A DNA stretch of 64,000 bases from NCBI GenBank assembly GCA_016202545.1, contig JACQON010000028.1, positions 56,476-120,475 on the forward strand. The letters are read 5' to 3'. Shown here piece after piece: positions 19,773 through 29,313 of this stretch (positions are counted from its first letter, which is position 1; every line of letters starts with the position of its first letter). Below the pieces are notes generated by a model. The model did not search any database. It was not told the origin of the DNA and saw nothing but the letters and a program-made list of their open reading frames with translations. The DNA is from Chloroflexota bacterium. Its GTDB lineage: Bacteria > Chloroflexota > Dehalococcoidia > Dehalococcoidales > JACQON01. Both the position numbers and the translations under genes were made by a program.

Positions 19773-20239
19773 GCGAGCAAGCGACCCGGATATCGGAGAA
19801 GGTGTCGGCCATACTGGACAAGTACCGTCATGAGGAAGGCATGCTGGTATCCATCCTGCAGGACATACAGGCGGAATACAATCATCTGCCCAAGGATGCC
19901 CTGGTTGAAGTCAGCCGGAGACTGGGGATTCCGCTGACCCAGGTCTACAGCGTGGCCACTTTCTTTAAGGCTTTTAGTTTGACGCCCAGAGGGCGTCACT
20001 CCATCCATGTCTGCCTGGGTACTGCCTGCCATGTCCGGGGCGCGGTGCGAGTCCTGGATGAGGTTGAGCGGGAGCTGGGCATCAAGGCGGGGGAGACTAC
20101 GGCCGACCTGAAGTATACCCTGGAGCGGGTCAACTGTGTGGGCGCTTGCGCCCTGGGGCCCATAGTCATAGTTGATGACCAGTTTTCGGGTGAAATGACC
20201 ATAGACAAGGTCAAGCCGATGTTGACCAGCTACGATTAA
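19769..20239 (+). CDS. NuoE/HydC-like [2Fe-2S] subunit
   Basis: 'CLGTAC...CVGAC'. Confidence 0.92.
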   Translation: MSEQATRISEKVSAILDKYRHEEGMLVSILQDIQAEYNHLPKDALVEVSRRLGIPLTQVYSVATFFKAFSLTPRGRHSIHVCLGTACHVRGAVRVLDEVERELGIKAGETTADLKYTLERVNCVGACALGPIVIVDDQFSGEMTIDKVKPMLTSYD

Positions 20240-20241
20240 GC

Positions 20242-22116
20242 GTGGAGAAGGAGCAGGGATTGAGCAGGGTAAATTCTGCCAAGGAACTGGAGACACTGAG
20301 AAAGGCGATAATCGCCATCAGGGATTCCAGCCGGTCTTCGATAGTAGTCTGTGGCGGGACCGGTTGTGTGGCCCTGGGGGCCGAGGGCGTTATTGACGGC
20401 CTGCGCCGTGAGATAGAGATGCGTGGGCTGAACGACAGGGTGGAGCTGAGGGTAACCGGATGCCCCGGTTTCTGTGAGAGAGGGACGCTGGTGGTGGTTG
20501 AGCCGGGGAATATCTTCTATCAGGGGGTGAAGAGCAAGGACGTTGCCGAGATAGTCTCCCGGACGGTGGAGAAGGGCGAGATAATGGAAAGGCTGCTCTA
20601 CCGCGACCCGAACAACGGCAGCCAGGCCGTTCAGGAGAGTGAGATACCCTTCTATAAGAAGCAGATGCGTCTTCTGCTGGGCAACAATTCCAGGATTGAC
20701 CCCACCAAGATAGATGACTACCTGGCCCTGGGCGGCTACGCAGCCCTGGTCAAGGCACTTTTTCAGATGCAACCGGAGAAGATAATCGGCGAGATAAAGA
20801 AGTCCGGGCTGCGGGGGCGCGGCGGCGGCGGCTTCCCTACCGGCGTCAAGTGGGAGTCATGTCGCCGGGCACATGACGACACCAAGTACGTCATCTGCAA
20901 CTGTGACGAGGGCGACCCCGGCGCTTTCATGGACCGGAGCCTGATGGAGGGGAATCCTCACAGCGTGCTGGAAGGGATGCTCATCGGTGCGTACGCCATT
21001 GGCGCCCATGAAGGATACATCTATGTTCGGAATGAGTACCCTCTGGCAGTCAAAAACGCCGGTATAGCTATCAAGCAGGCCGAGGAGTACGGCCTCTTGG
21101 GCAAGAATATCCTTGGCTCGGGGTTCGACTTTACCGTCAAGATAAACCGGGGAGGCGGTGCCTTCATCTGCGGCGAGTCAACGGCGCTGATGGCCTCGTT
21201 GGAGGGCAAGGTGGGCGAGCCCAGGGCGAAATACGTTCATACCGTGGATAAGGGGCTGTGGGAGCGGCCCACCAACCTCAATAACGTAGAGACCTGGGCT
21301 AATGTCCCGCTGATAGTGAACCGGGGTGCCGGATGGTATTCCAAGATAGGCACCAAGGGCAGCAAAGGCACCAAGATATTCTCGCTGGTGGGCAAGATAA
21401 ATAACACCGGCCTGGTTGAGGTGCCCATGGGGATGACCCTGAGGGAAATCATCTATGATATCGGCGGCGGGGTCGGCAAGGGCAAAAAGTTCAAGGCGGT
21501 CCAGACCGGCGGCCCCTCGGGTGGCTGCATCCCTGAGAGCCTGCTCGACCTCCCGGTGGACTTCGACGAGCTGACCAAGGTGGGCTCAATGATGGGCTCA
21601 GGCGGGATGATAGTCATGGACGAGGACACCTGCATGGTGGATATCGCCCGCTACTTCATCAATTTCCTCGAAGGCGAATCATGTGGTAAGTGCGTGCCCT
21701 GCCGCGAGGGACTGAAGAGGATGGGCCAGATATTCACCGGCATCGTCGAGGGGCGCGGTAATGAAGGTGACATAGAACTCCTGGAAGAGATGTCGGCGGC
21801 GCTCACCGACGGCTCGCTATGCGGGTTGGGGCAGACGGCGCCCAATCCGGTGCTGAGCACCATTCGCTATTTCAGGGACGAGTACGAGGCGCATATCAGG
21901 GACAAGACATGCCCCGCCGGGGTCTGCAAGGAGCTGATTACCTATTGTATTGATGATAAGAAGTGCCCCGGCTGCGGTCTGTGCGTCAAGGCTTGCCCAG
22001 TGCAGGCCATAACCTTCAAGGGGAAGAAGGAGCCGGTTATCCTCGACCAGGAGAAATGCGTCAAGTGTGGCATCTGCTATGATGTATGCCGACTTTGTGC
22101 CGTGAAAGTACGCTAG
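20242..22116 (+). CDS. NuoF/HydB-like FMN/NADH-binding subunit of bifurcating architecture
   Basis: N-terminal 2Fe-2S domain, [37 protein letters not shown]-terminal 2x[4Fe-4S]. Confidence 0.93.
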   Translation: MEKEQGLSRVNSAKELETLRKAIIAIRDSSRSSIVVCGGTGCVALGAEGVIDGLRREIEMRGLNDRVELRVTGCPGFCERGTLVVVEPGNIFYQGVKSKDVAEIVSRTVEKGEIMERLLYRDPNNGSQAVQESEIPFYKKQMRLLLGNNSRIDPTKIDDYLALGGYAALVKALFQMQPEKIIGEIKKSGLRGRGGGGFPTGVKWESCRRAHDDTKYVICNCDEGDPGAFMDRSLMEGNPHSVLEGMLIGAYAIGAHEGYIYVRNEYPLAVKNAGIAIKQAEEYGLLGKNILGSGFDFTVKINRGGGAFICGESTALMASLEGKVGEPRAKYVHTVDKGLWERPTNLNNVETWANVPLIVNRGAGWYSKIGTKGSKGTKIFSLVGKINNTGLVEVPMGMTLREIIYDIGGGVGKGKKFKAVQTGGPSGGCIPESLLDLPVDFDELTKVGSMMGSGGMIVMDEDTCMVDIARYFINFLEGESCGKCVPCREGLKRMGQIFTGIVEGRGNEGDIELLEEMSAALTDGSLCGLGQTAPNPVLSTIRYFRDEYEAHIRDKTCPAGVCKELITYCIDDKKCPGCGLCVKACPVQAITFKGKKEPVILDQEKCVKCGICYDVCRLCAVKVR

Positions 22117-22123
22117 AGGACAG

Positions 22124-22855
22124 GTGAAGATGGTCACGTTAACAATCGATGGGCGAGAGGTCAGGGCGGAAGAAGGCAAAGTGCTCCTTGAGGTGGCCAG
22201 AGACAATCGAATTGACATACCCGCCCTGTGCCAGCATGATTCGGTGGCGGCTTACGGGGCTTGCCGCCTGTGCATGGTGGAGATTTCCAGAAAGGGCAGG
22301 GAGAAGCTGGTAGCTTCATGCTTGTATCCGGCGGAAGAAGGCCTGGTGGTCAAGACTGACTCCCCCAGGGTAATCCACGTCCGCCGCACGGTAACCGAGC
22401 TGCTGCTGGCCAGGTGCCCTGATTCGGAAGTATTGCAGGACCTGGCCAGGAAGCTGGGCATTGAGAGGCCCCGGTTCTCGCTGGAAGAGGGCAACCACAA
22501 GTGCATCCTGTGCGCCTTATGCACCCGTGCCTGCGAGCAGGTGGTTGGCGCCTCGGCCATCAGCCTGGCCAACCGCGGCACCGCGCGGCAGATGGCTACT
22601 CCCTTCCATGCCTTTTCCGAAGCTTGCATTGCCTGTGGTACCTGCGCTGAGATATGTCCCACCAGGGCGATTGATATTAATGACGTTGGGGACACCAGGA
22701 TAATCGTCATGCCCAACGTGACCATGGAGTTCAAACTGAAGCAGTGCAGCGTCTGTGGCAGCTACTGGGCTCCGGAGAGGCAGCTCGAGCATATTATCAG
22801 GCAGGCAGGCTTGCCTGATAATGCCTTTGATAAGTGCCCTGACTGCCGGGACTAA
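22124..22855 (+). CDS. NuoG/HydA N-terminal-like Fe-S protein with no catalytic domain
   Basis: 2Fe-2S 'GACRLC..E...ASC', two 4Fe-4S motifs, C-terminal CxxC..CxxC; only 243 aa. Confidence 0.85.
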   Translation: MKMVTLTIDGREVRAEEGKVLLEVARDNRIDIPALCQHDSVAAYGACRLCMVEISRKGREKLVASCLYPAEEGLVVKTDSPRVIHVRRTVTELLLARCPDSEVLQDLARKLGIERPRFSLEEGNHKCILCALCTRACEQVVGASAISLANRGTARQMATPFHAFSEACIACGTCAEICPTRAIDINDVGDTRIIVMPNVTMEFKLKQCSVCGSYWAPERQLEHIIRQAGLPDNAFDKCPDCRD

Positions 22856-22902
22856 CCCCCTTTCATGTCACCAGTTAAGGCGTTGTGGTATAATAGTCTG
22901 GG

Positions 22903-24816
22903 ATGAAACAGAGTCATATGCGCAACAGTCTGATATTCATTGCCATACTTATCGGGGCCATGGCCCTTTTTGCTTTTCTTTTGCCGGCGGCCAACAAACC
23001 GCTCGAAATTCCCTTGAGCGAAGCCGTGGCCATGTCCCAGGACAAGGAAGTCAAGGCAATTGAAGTGAAGGGTGATACTCTGACCATCACCAGGATTGAT
23101 GGCACCAAGCTAAAGACCTTTAAGGAGAGTTCCGCCACTATATATGACATCCGTGGCCTCGACCTTGAGGGAGTGGTGATTGACATAACGGACTCCTCCG
23201 GTTTCAACTGGGGTGGGCTACTGCTCAACTTTCTGCCTCTACTCTTATTTGGCGGCTTGCTTTTTTTCCTGTTCAGCCGTGCCCGTGGCGTCAATAACCA
23301 GGCCATGAGCTTCGGGCGCAGCCGGGCCCGGATATCGTCCGCGGATAAGCCTACGGTGACCTTTGATGATGTCGCCGGGGTTGAGGAGGCCAAACAGGAG
23401 CTGCATGAGGTGGTGGAATTCCTTAAGTCGCGCGAGAAGTTCCAGACCCTGGGCGCGCGCGTTCCCAAAGGCGTCTTGCTGGTGGGCCCGCCGGGCACAG
23501 GCAAGACATTGCTGGCGCGGGCGGTGGCCGGTGAGGCCGGGGTACCCTTCTTTTCCATAAGCGGTAGCGAGTTTGTCGAGATGTTCGTCGGCGTTGGCGC
23601 TTCCAGAGTGCGCGACCTGTTTGACCAGGCCAAGCGCAGCGCCCCCTGTATCGTCTTTATTGATGAGATTGACGCCGTCGGTCGCCATCGTGGCTCCGGA
23701 CTCGGCGGCAGCCATGATGAAAGAGAGCAGACATTGAACCAGATTCTGGTGGAGATGGACGGCTTTGATACCAACACCAGCGTAATCGTCCTGGCGGCGA
23801 CTAACCGTCCCGATATACTGGACCCGGCCCTGCTCCGCCCCGGTCGCTTTGACCGGCGTGTTGTCCTGGACAGGCCGGATGTCACTGGCCGGATTGCTAT
23901 TCTCAAAGTCCATATCAAAGGCAAGCCTCTGGACCCCTCGGTCGACCTGGAAGTGCTGGCCAAGCAGACCGCCGGCTTCAGCGGCGCTGACCTGGCCAAC
24001 CTGGTCAATGAGTCCGCTATCCTGGCTGCCAGGCGGGGCAAGAAGGTCATCGGCATGGAGGAGATGGAGGAGTCCATCGACCGGGTGATTGCCGGCCCGG
24101 AGAGGAAGAGCCGCCGCATCAGCGTCAGGGAGAAGGAGATTACTGCCTACCATGAGGCGGGACATGCCCTGACGGCCAAGAAATTGCCCAATGCTGACCC
24201 TCCGCGTAAGATTACCATAATCCCCCGCGGCATGGCGCTGGGCTATACCAAGCCCCTTATCGATGACAAGTACATAAAGACGCGCTCTCATTATAACGAC
24301 GAGCTGGCGATGTTGCTCGGTGGCCGGGCTGCTGAGGAAATCATCTTTCATGAGATATCAACCGGCGCCCACAGCGATATTAAGGAAGCCACCGCTCTTG
24401 CCCGCAGGATGGTGACCGAGTTTGGTATGAGCGATAAGCTGGGCCCCCGTACTTTCGGGGATAAGCAGGAGATGATATTCCTCGGTCGTGAGATTTCCGA
24501 GCAAAAGGACTACGGCGAAAAGATAGCTGACCTGATTGATGAAGAAATCGACCAGCTTATTGAGAATGCCTATGAAGTTGCCAGGAAGGTACTGACCGAA
24601 AACAAGGCAAAACTGGTGCAGATTGGGGAAGCGCTTATCGCCAGGGAGACCCTGGAGGGTGACGCGCTTGAGGCAATCTTTGCCGAACCGGCACCTTCGC
24701 CGGAAACCGCACCGGCAGCGCCCGCCGCCGTATCAGCGGCGAAACCGGACAAGGCTGCGGCTAAGGCCAAGACCAAGGTCAGGACCGAGCTCAATCAAGC
24801 CCCGGCTGCGCCGTAA
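22903..24816 (+). CDS. ftsH: ATP-dependent zinc metalloprotease FtsH
   Basis: Two TM segments, [11 protein letters not shown] 'LLRPGRFDR', HEAGH. Confidence 0.97.
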   Translation: MKQSHMRNSLIFIAILIGAMALFAFLLPAANKPLEIPLSEAVAMSQDKEVKAIEVKGDTLTITRIDGTKLKTFKESSATIYDIRGLDLEGVVIDITDSSGFNWGGLLLNFLPLLLFGGLLFFLFSRARGVNNQAMSFGRSRARISSADKPTVTFDDVAGVEEAKQELHEVVEFLKSREKFQTLGARVPKGVLLVGPPGTGKTLLARAVAGEAGVPFFSISGSEFVEMFVGVGASRVRDLFDQAKRSAPCIVFIDEIDAVGRHRGSGLGGSHDEREQTLNQILVEMDGFDTNTSVIVLAATNRPDILDPALLRPGRFDRRVVLDRPDVTGRIAILKVHIKGKPLDPSVDLEVLAKQTAGFSGADLANLVNESAILAARRGKKVIGMEEMEESIDRVIAGPERKSRRISVREKEITAYHEAGHALTAKKLPNADPPRKITIIPRGMALGYTKPLIDDKYIKTRSHYNDELAMLLGGRAAEEIIFHEISTGAHSDIKEATALARRMVTEFGMSDKLGPRTFGDKQEMIFLGREISEQKDYGEKIADLIDEEIDQLIENAYEVARKVLTENKAKLVQIGEALIARETLEGDALEAIFAEPAPSPETAPAAPAAVSAAKPDKAAAKAKTKVRTELNQAPAAP

Positions 24817-25000
24817 TTCTGTCAACGTAGCCGGTCACATCCGGCGACCCCCGACCGATACCACGATTAAGGTTGCGCAAAGCTATTCTCTTTGGGTATT
24901 ATTGTTGCACAAGGTGTGCGGATAAACAACCGGATTCCGTGTGCACCGCGGGTGAAACGGTATACCTTCGCCTGGCGACAGGTCTGAAGAAGGAGACGCC

Positions 25001-26218
25001 ATGGACGGGCCTCTATCGGGAACCAGGGTGCTGGCTATATCGCAGTTCATCGCCGGGCCCTTCGGCTCCATGCTCCTGGGGGACATGGGGGCCGAGGTCA
25101 TCAAGGTTGAGCCGCCGGAGCCGGTGGCCAACCGGGCCCTTTTCGGTCCCGGCTGCAATGGCGAGAGCTTTTATCATCTGGCCTTTAACCGCAGCAAGAA
25201 GAGCATAACCCTCAACCTGTGGACAGAAGCCGGCCGCCAGGCTTTCTGTGAACTGGTTAGCGTCTCGGACGTGGTCTGGAGCAATCTCCGTCCTCAAGCC
25301 ATAAAAAATATCGGGGCTGACTACGCTACGGTGAGCAGGATAAACCCCAGGATTATCGGTTGCTACGTTACCGGCTACGGGCTTTCCGGGCCGTATCGGG
25401 ACCGTCCCTCCTTTGACATCTGCGGGCTTGCCATGAGCGGCGTCATGAGCGTCACCGGAGTTCCTGGCGGGCCGCCGCTCAAGCCGGGCGCTCCCATTGG
25501 CGACATCATGGCTGGCACGCTGAGTGCCATGGGGGTCTGCGCCGCCCTTCATCAGCGTGAGCGGACTGGCCAGGGGCAGCTTGTAGACACATCCCTCCTT
25601 GATAGCTGTATGGCCACCCTGGTCTATGAATTCGCCTACTATTTCTGCTGTGGAATCGTCCCCGGTCCTCTGGGTTCCGGCCATCTTGCCCTGGTCCCCT
25701 ATAATGCCTACCATACCAAGGAGGGGTGGATGGTTGTCGGCCCGTCCTGGCCCAGGCTGGCCCGGGTGCTGGGGCTTGACTGGATGATTGACGACTCCAG
25801 GTTTTCCACCCCGCAGGCAAGGCTTCAAAACCGGGAGGAACTTGACCGGATTATCCAGGAAAAGCTGATGGAGGCCACGGCACAGGACTGGTTGGGGCTG
25901 ATGTATATTGAAGATGTAGCCGCTGCCCCGGTAAACACTCTGGACAAGACGGCTGCTGACCCCCAGGTGAAGCACCGCAACATGGTGCTGGAGCTTGACC
26001 ATCCCCTGGGTGGAAAGGTAAAGCTGGTGGGGAACCCGGTAAAGATGCCGGGCAGCATTGATGATTCCAGCTACTCTCCGCCGCCTACCCTCGGTCAGCA
26101 CAACGATGAGGTACTGGGTGGCGTTCTTGGCTATTCCAGGGAGAAAATTGACCGCGTCCTTGAAGAGGGCAAGGCCCATATAGACGAGCTGAGAGAGCAC
26201 CTGTACAAGCGGCTCTAG
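25001..26218 (+). CDS. Class III CoA-transferase (CaiB/BaiF family)
   Basis: 'AGPF..MLLGDMGAEVIKVE', 'NRSKKSI', catalytic Asp in 'PIGD'. Confidence 0.92.
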   Translation: MDGPLSGTRVLAISQFIAGPFGSMLLGDMGAEVIKVEPPEPVANRALFGPGCNGESFYHLAFNRSKKSITLNLWTEAGRQAFCELVSVSDVVWSNLRPQAIKNIGADYATVSRINPRIIGCYVTGYGLSGPYRDRPSFDICGLAMSGVMSVTGVPGGPPLKPGAPIGDIMAGTLSAMGVCAALHQRERTGQGQLVDTSLLDSCMATLVYEFAYYFCCGIVPGPLGSGHLALVPYNAYHTKEGWMVVGPSWPRLARVLGLDWMIDDSRFSTPQARLQNREELDRIIQEKLMEATAQDWLGLMYIEDVAAAPVNTLDKTAADPQVKHRNMVLELDHPLGGKVKLVGNPVKMPGSIDDSSYSPPPTLGQHNDEVLGGVLGYSREKIDRVLEEGKAHIDELREHLYKRL

Positions 26219-26247
26219 TTCGGGGTTTGTGTCCCGGAATCTTGTCT

Positions 26248-27117
26248 TTAATGGCTGTCTTCTGCCGTCGTTGAGGTTGGTTCTATGGCTTTCAGGGTGC
26301 GTGCTTGCATGCAGACGGGGCAATTGATAAGGCACCAGCCGCACTGGCCGAAGACGGCTCCCGAGGTAATCGCTGCCATGTTCAGCCGGGAAGAGCTCCC
26401 CAGGAATATGTTTTTTCTCACCCCGGGGTCAGGTTCGTTGGCTGCTTCCAGCAGCGTTCGCAGCCACGAGCTGGCGGACTCGGTCTGCGCCCTGGTAGTG
26501 CATATCCTGCGGTCATACCTCATCCATTTTATCCTCTCACCTTCTATTTCCCCGGAGAGGCATTCCGGGCAGATGTCAAGGCAGGGAGTGGTGCGGTGCT
26601 TTTCCCATAGCTTGACGCAGGACGGGTGGGGGCAGACCGGCTCCGTCATGGGGCCATCTGCCTTGAGCGGCATGGTGGTGATGCAGATGGAAAAGCTTGG
26701 CATGCCGAGCTTTGGGTTGAGCACCATGGCAGCCGCCAGTGAGCGGGTGCCCAGGCCGGCCATCTCGGCGCACAGCTTGTGGCTCAGGCAGGGGTTAAAG
26801 CCCAGCGATGGCGGTGTCTCCGCCAGGGAATAATAGCCGTAGCGGGACTCGATCAACCGGGATACGGCTGCGGCGGCGCTGAGCCGGATGCGAGGAAAAT
26901 CTCTGTTATAGTAGTGGGTGCGGTGGTCTGGGCTGTGCCAGGCTCCCTGAAAGGCAGAATACCCGGCCAGGACGACCACGCTTTTGGCCCCGATAAGGAT
27001 GTCATCGGGACGGTGACCCGGTGGGGCATAGTGGTTTATGTCCGCCACCGAGGCGATGCCGGCGGCGTCAGCCCCTTTCTGCAGGGCAAACTGCTTTATT
27101 TCCTCCTCTGCGTTCAT
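26248..27117 (-). CDS. QueG/reductive-dehalogenase-like Fe-S protein (probably cobalamin-binding), paralogue 2
   Basis: 'GAD..GIA', 'AKSVVV', 'SHKLCAEMAGLG', 'ITTMPL..D', Cys clusters ending CGWCLINCP. Confidence 0.75.
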   Translation of the reverse strand: MNAEEEIKQFALQKGADAAGIASVADINHYAPPGHRPDDILIGAKSVVVLAGYSAFQGAWHSPDHRTHYYNRDFPRIRLSAAAAVSRLIESRYGYYSLAETPPSLGFNPCLSHKLCAEMAGLGTRSLAAAMVLNPKLGMPSFSICITTMPLKADGPMTEPVCPHPSCVKLWEKHRTTPCLDICPECLSGEIEGERIKWMRYDRRICTTRAQTESASSWLRTLLEAANEPDPGVRKNIFLGSSSRLNMAAITSGAVFGQCGWCLINCPVCMQARTLKAIEPTSTTAEDSH

Positions 27118-27122
27118 AATGT

Positions 27123-27401
27123 TCAGCCTTTCTTGAAGTGCTTGCGGGCCTTCTCCCGCTTCCAGTTATCAGACTCCAGCCAGGCATCGGCGGGCAGGAG
27201 GTCAATCTCGGCTATACACCGGATTTCAGTAACGTCCTCTACATCCAGACCAAGCCGGTCGGCTATCTCCTGGTCGGAGAGGCTGCTGGTTTCCCTTACT
27301 GCCGTGGTGCCCTCGTAGCACTGGATGGCCAGCCCCATCTCCAGGATTTGGCGCGCGTATTTGTTGTACAGTTCGGGCGAAACGTATTTAGCCATTGGCA
27401 T
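27123..27401 (-). CDS. Small hypothetical protein with an HTH-like segment
   Basis: GGAGG RBS; coupled to flanking genes; 'LSDQEIADRLGLDVEDV'. Confidence 0.7.
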   Translation of the reverse strand: MPMAKYVSPELYNKYARQILEMGLAIQCYEGTTAVRETSSLSDQEIADRLGLDVEDVTEIRCIAEIDLLPADAWLESDNWKREKARKHFKKG

Positions 27402-28269
27402 CCACCTCCTTGGGCGCGTCTACCGTAGCCTGGACCGTATTTTTCACTCTGATGGTGCGGGCCTCGATGCATACGGGGCAATTTCTGGTGCATTCAAAGC
27501 ATTGGGCATAGTAAGTGCTGGCGGCGACCATCTCAAACACGCGCTGGGTGAAGCTTCCCAGGAGGATGCTCCGCCTCATGCCGGCATCGGGTTCGTTAGC
27601 CGCCTCCCGCAATGCCCTCAGCAGTGCGGACGGACCTTCGGTCATCGCCCGGGTGGCGCATATCCTGCGGTCATACCGCATCCATTTTATCCGTCCCTCT
27701 GCTATCTCTCCGGAAAGGCACTGATGGCAGGCATCCAGGCAAGGAGTGGTGTGGCGCTTTTCCCACAGCTTGACGCAGGACGGGTGGGGACAGACCGGCT
27801 CCGTCATCGGGCCATCGGCTTTGAGCGGCATGGTGGTGATGCAGGCGCCGATGCTGAGCATGCCCACTTTGGGATTGAGGATGATGCCGGCGGCCATGGA
27901 CCGGGTGCCCAGGCCGGCCATCTCGGCGCACAGCTTCAGGCTCAGGCTGGGGTTCAGGCCGATGTCCGGTATCTGGTAGACTGAATAGTAGCCGTACTCG
28001 GACTCGATGAACTGGGCGACGGCGGTGGCAATGCCGGGAAGGATGCCCCAGACGTTATTGTAGTACGGGGTGCGGTAATCGGAGCTATACCAGGCACCCT
28101 TGACCAGGCGCGTCTTGGAGAAGGTAATCACGCTCTTGGCGCCGGTAAGGATGTCATCGGGACGGTGGCCCGGTGGAGCATACCGGTTTATGTCCGCTAC
28201 CGAGGCAATGCCAACCAGGTCAGCTCCTTGCTGCACGGCAAACTGCTTGACCTCTTCCTCCAGTGTCAT
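27388..28269 (-). CDS. QueG/reductive-dehalogenase-like Fe-S protein (probably cobalamin-binding), paralogue 1
   Basis: Same motifs as 26248-27117; CFECTRNCPVC. Confidence 0.75.
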   Translation of the reverse strand: MTLEEEVKQFAVQQGADLVGIASVADINRYAPPGHRPDDILTGAKSVITFSKTRLVKGAWYSSDYRTPYYNNVWGILPGIATAVAQFIESEYGYYSVYQIPDIGLNPSLSLKLCAEMAGLGTRSMAAGIILNPKVGMLSIGACITTMPLKADGPMTEPVCPHPSCVKLWEKRHTTPCLDACHQCLSGEIAEGRIKWMRYDRRICATRAMTEGPSALLRALREAANEPDAGMRRSILLGSFTQRVFEMVAASTYYAQCFECTRNCPVCIEARTIRVKNTVQATVDAPKEVDANG

Positions 28270-28293
28270 CTTCAACCCCCTCTGGCAATTATA

Positions 28294-29262
28294 TCACGTT
28301 TTCCGGCTGATGACGAAATCAACCAGATGTTCCAGCGCCCGCCGGATATCGTTGTCCGGCAGCAGGCGCAAGCTCTCACAGGCTTTGCCGCCGTATTGTG
28401 AGGCGGCCTGGTAGCATTCCTCAATTATCGATGAACTCTGAATCATGTCTATCGCCAGCTTTATGTCCCTTTGCCTATCCTCGTTGCAGAATATGTGCTT
28501 TACCGGGTTGTCCTGCGGGTGGCGTTCCACGAGTATTATCGCCGGCAGGGTGAGGGTGCCCTGGGCCAGGTCTGAGCCGATTGGCTTGCCCATTTCCCTT
28601 TCCGTCCCGATGAAATCCAGGATGTCGTCTACGATTTGAAAGGCGATGCCAAGATTATAGCCATATTCTCTCAAAACGTCAATCGCCTGCTCCGGAGCCT
28701 GGCTCAGGATTGCTCCGGTCTCGGTGGCCATGGTGAACAAAGAAGCTGTCTTACGGGAAATCCTCTTCATATAGTCGTCACGGGTCTGCTCCAGCTTGAA
28801 GGCGTCGAAGCTCTGCTTCATCTCTCCGCTGGAAATAGTGGCCAGCGTCTGGGTGAACAGCCTTACCGCGCGCACGTTCTCGGTAGCCGCGCTGAACTCC
28901 CCCGCCTTGGCGAACAGGTAGTCGCCGAGAAGGATGGCTTTGTCCGCTCCCCAGAGCTTGTTGACCGTCTGTCGCCAGCGGCGCACTTCGGATTTGTCAA
29001 TGGCGTCATCGTGGACCAGGGTGGCGATGTGCAATAGCTCGCTGGCGGTAGCCATGTGGAGAAGCTTGGCCGGGTCATAGCTATAGAACTTGCCCGCCAG
29101 TAAGTTGAGCGCAGGCCGGATTACCTTACCGCCGGTCAAGACATGCCTCAGCATCTCATACAGGTTGGGAAAGCCACGCTCGCTCTCGATAATCAGCTTG
29201 AACTGCTTCTCGACCTCACGCAACTCTTGGTGGACCGGCTGATAAATTGCGGCTATGTCCAA
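28294..29262 (-). CDS. Polyprenyl diphosphate synthase
   Basis: 'GGK.IRP', 'LVHDDAID', 'FQIVDDILD'. Confidence 0.93.
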   Translation of the reverse strand: MDIAAIYQPVHQELREVEKQFKLIIESERGFPNLYEMLRHVLTGGKVIRPALNLLAGKFYSYDPAKLLHMATASELLHIATLVHDDAIDKSEVRRWRQTVNKLWGADKAILLGDYLFAKAGEFSAATENVRAVRLFTQTLATISSGEMKQSFDAFKLEQTRDDYMKRISRKTASLFTMATETGAILSQAPEQAIDVLREYGYNLGIAFQIVDDILDFIGTEREMGKPIGSDLAQGTLTLPAIILVERHPQDNPVKHIFCNEDRQRDIKLAIDMIQSSSIIEECYQAASQYGGKACESLRLLPDNDIRRALEHLVDFVISRKT

Positions 29263-29313
29263 AAATTTGCCTCCCTTCGGCTGGCACTAAGTCATAACGG
29301 GCATGACAGTATG

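Noticed and set aside
22914-26344. Long antisense ORFs opposite ftsH and the CoA-transferase (also 62738-63880)
   Set aside because: Shadow frames expected in GC-rich coding DNA; no motifs, and they fully overlap well-supported genes
26248-28269. Calling the pair respiratory reductive dehalogenases (rdhAB)
   Set aside because: Too short, no twin-arginine leader, and the small gene is hydrophilic, unlike RdhB
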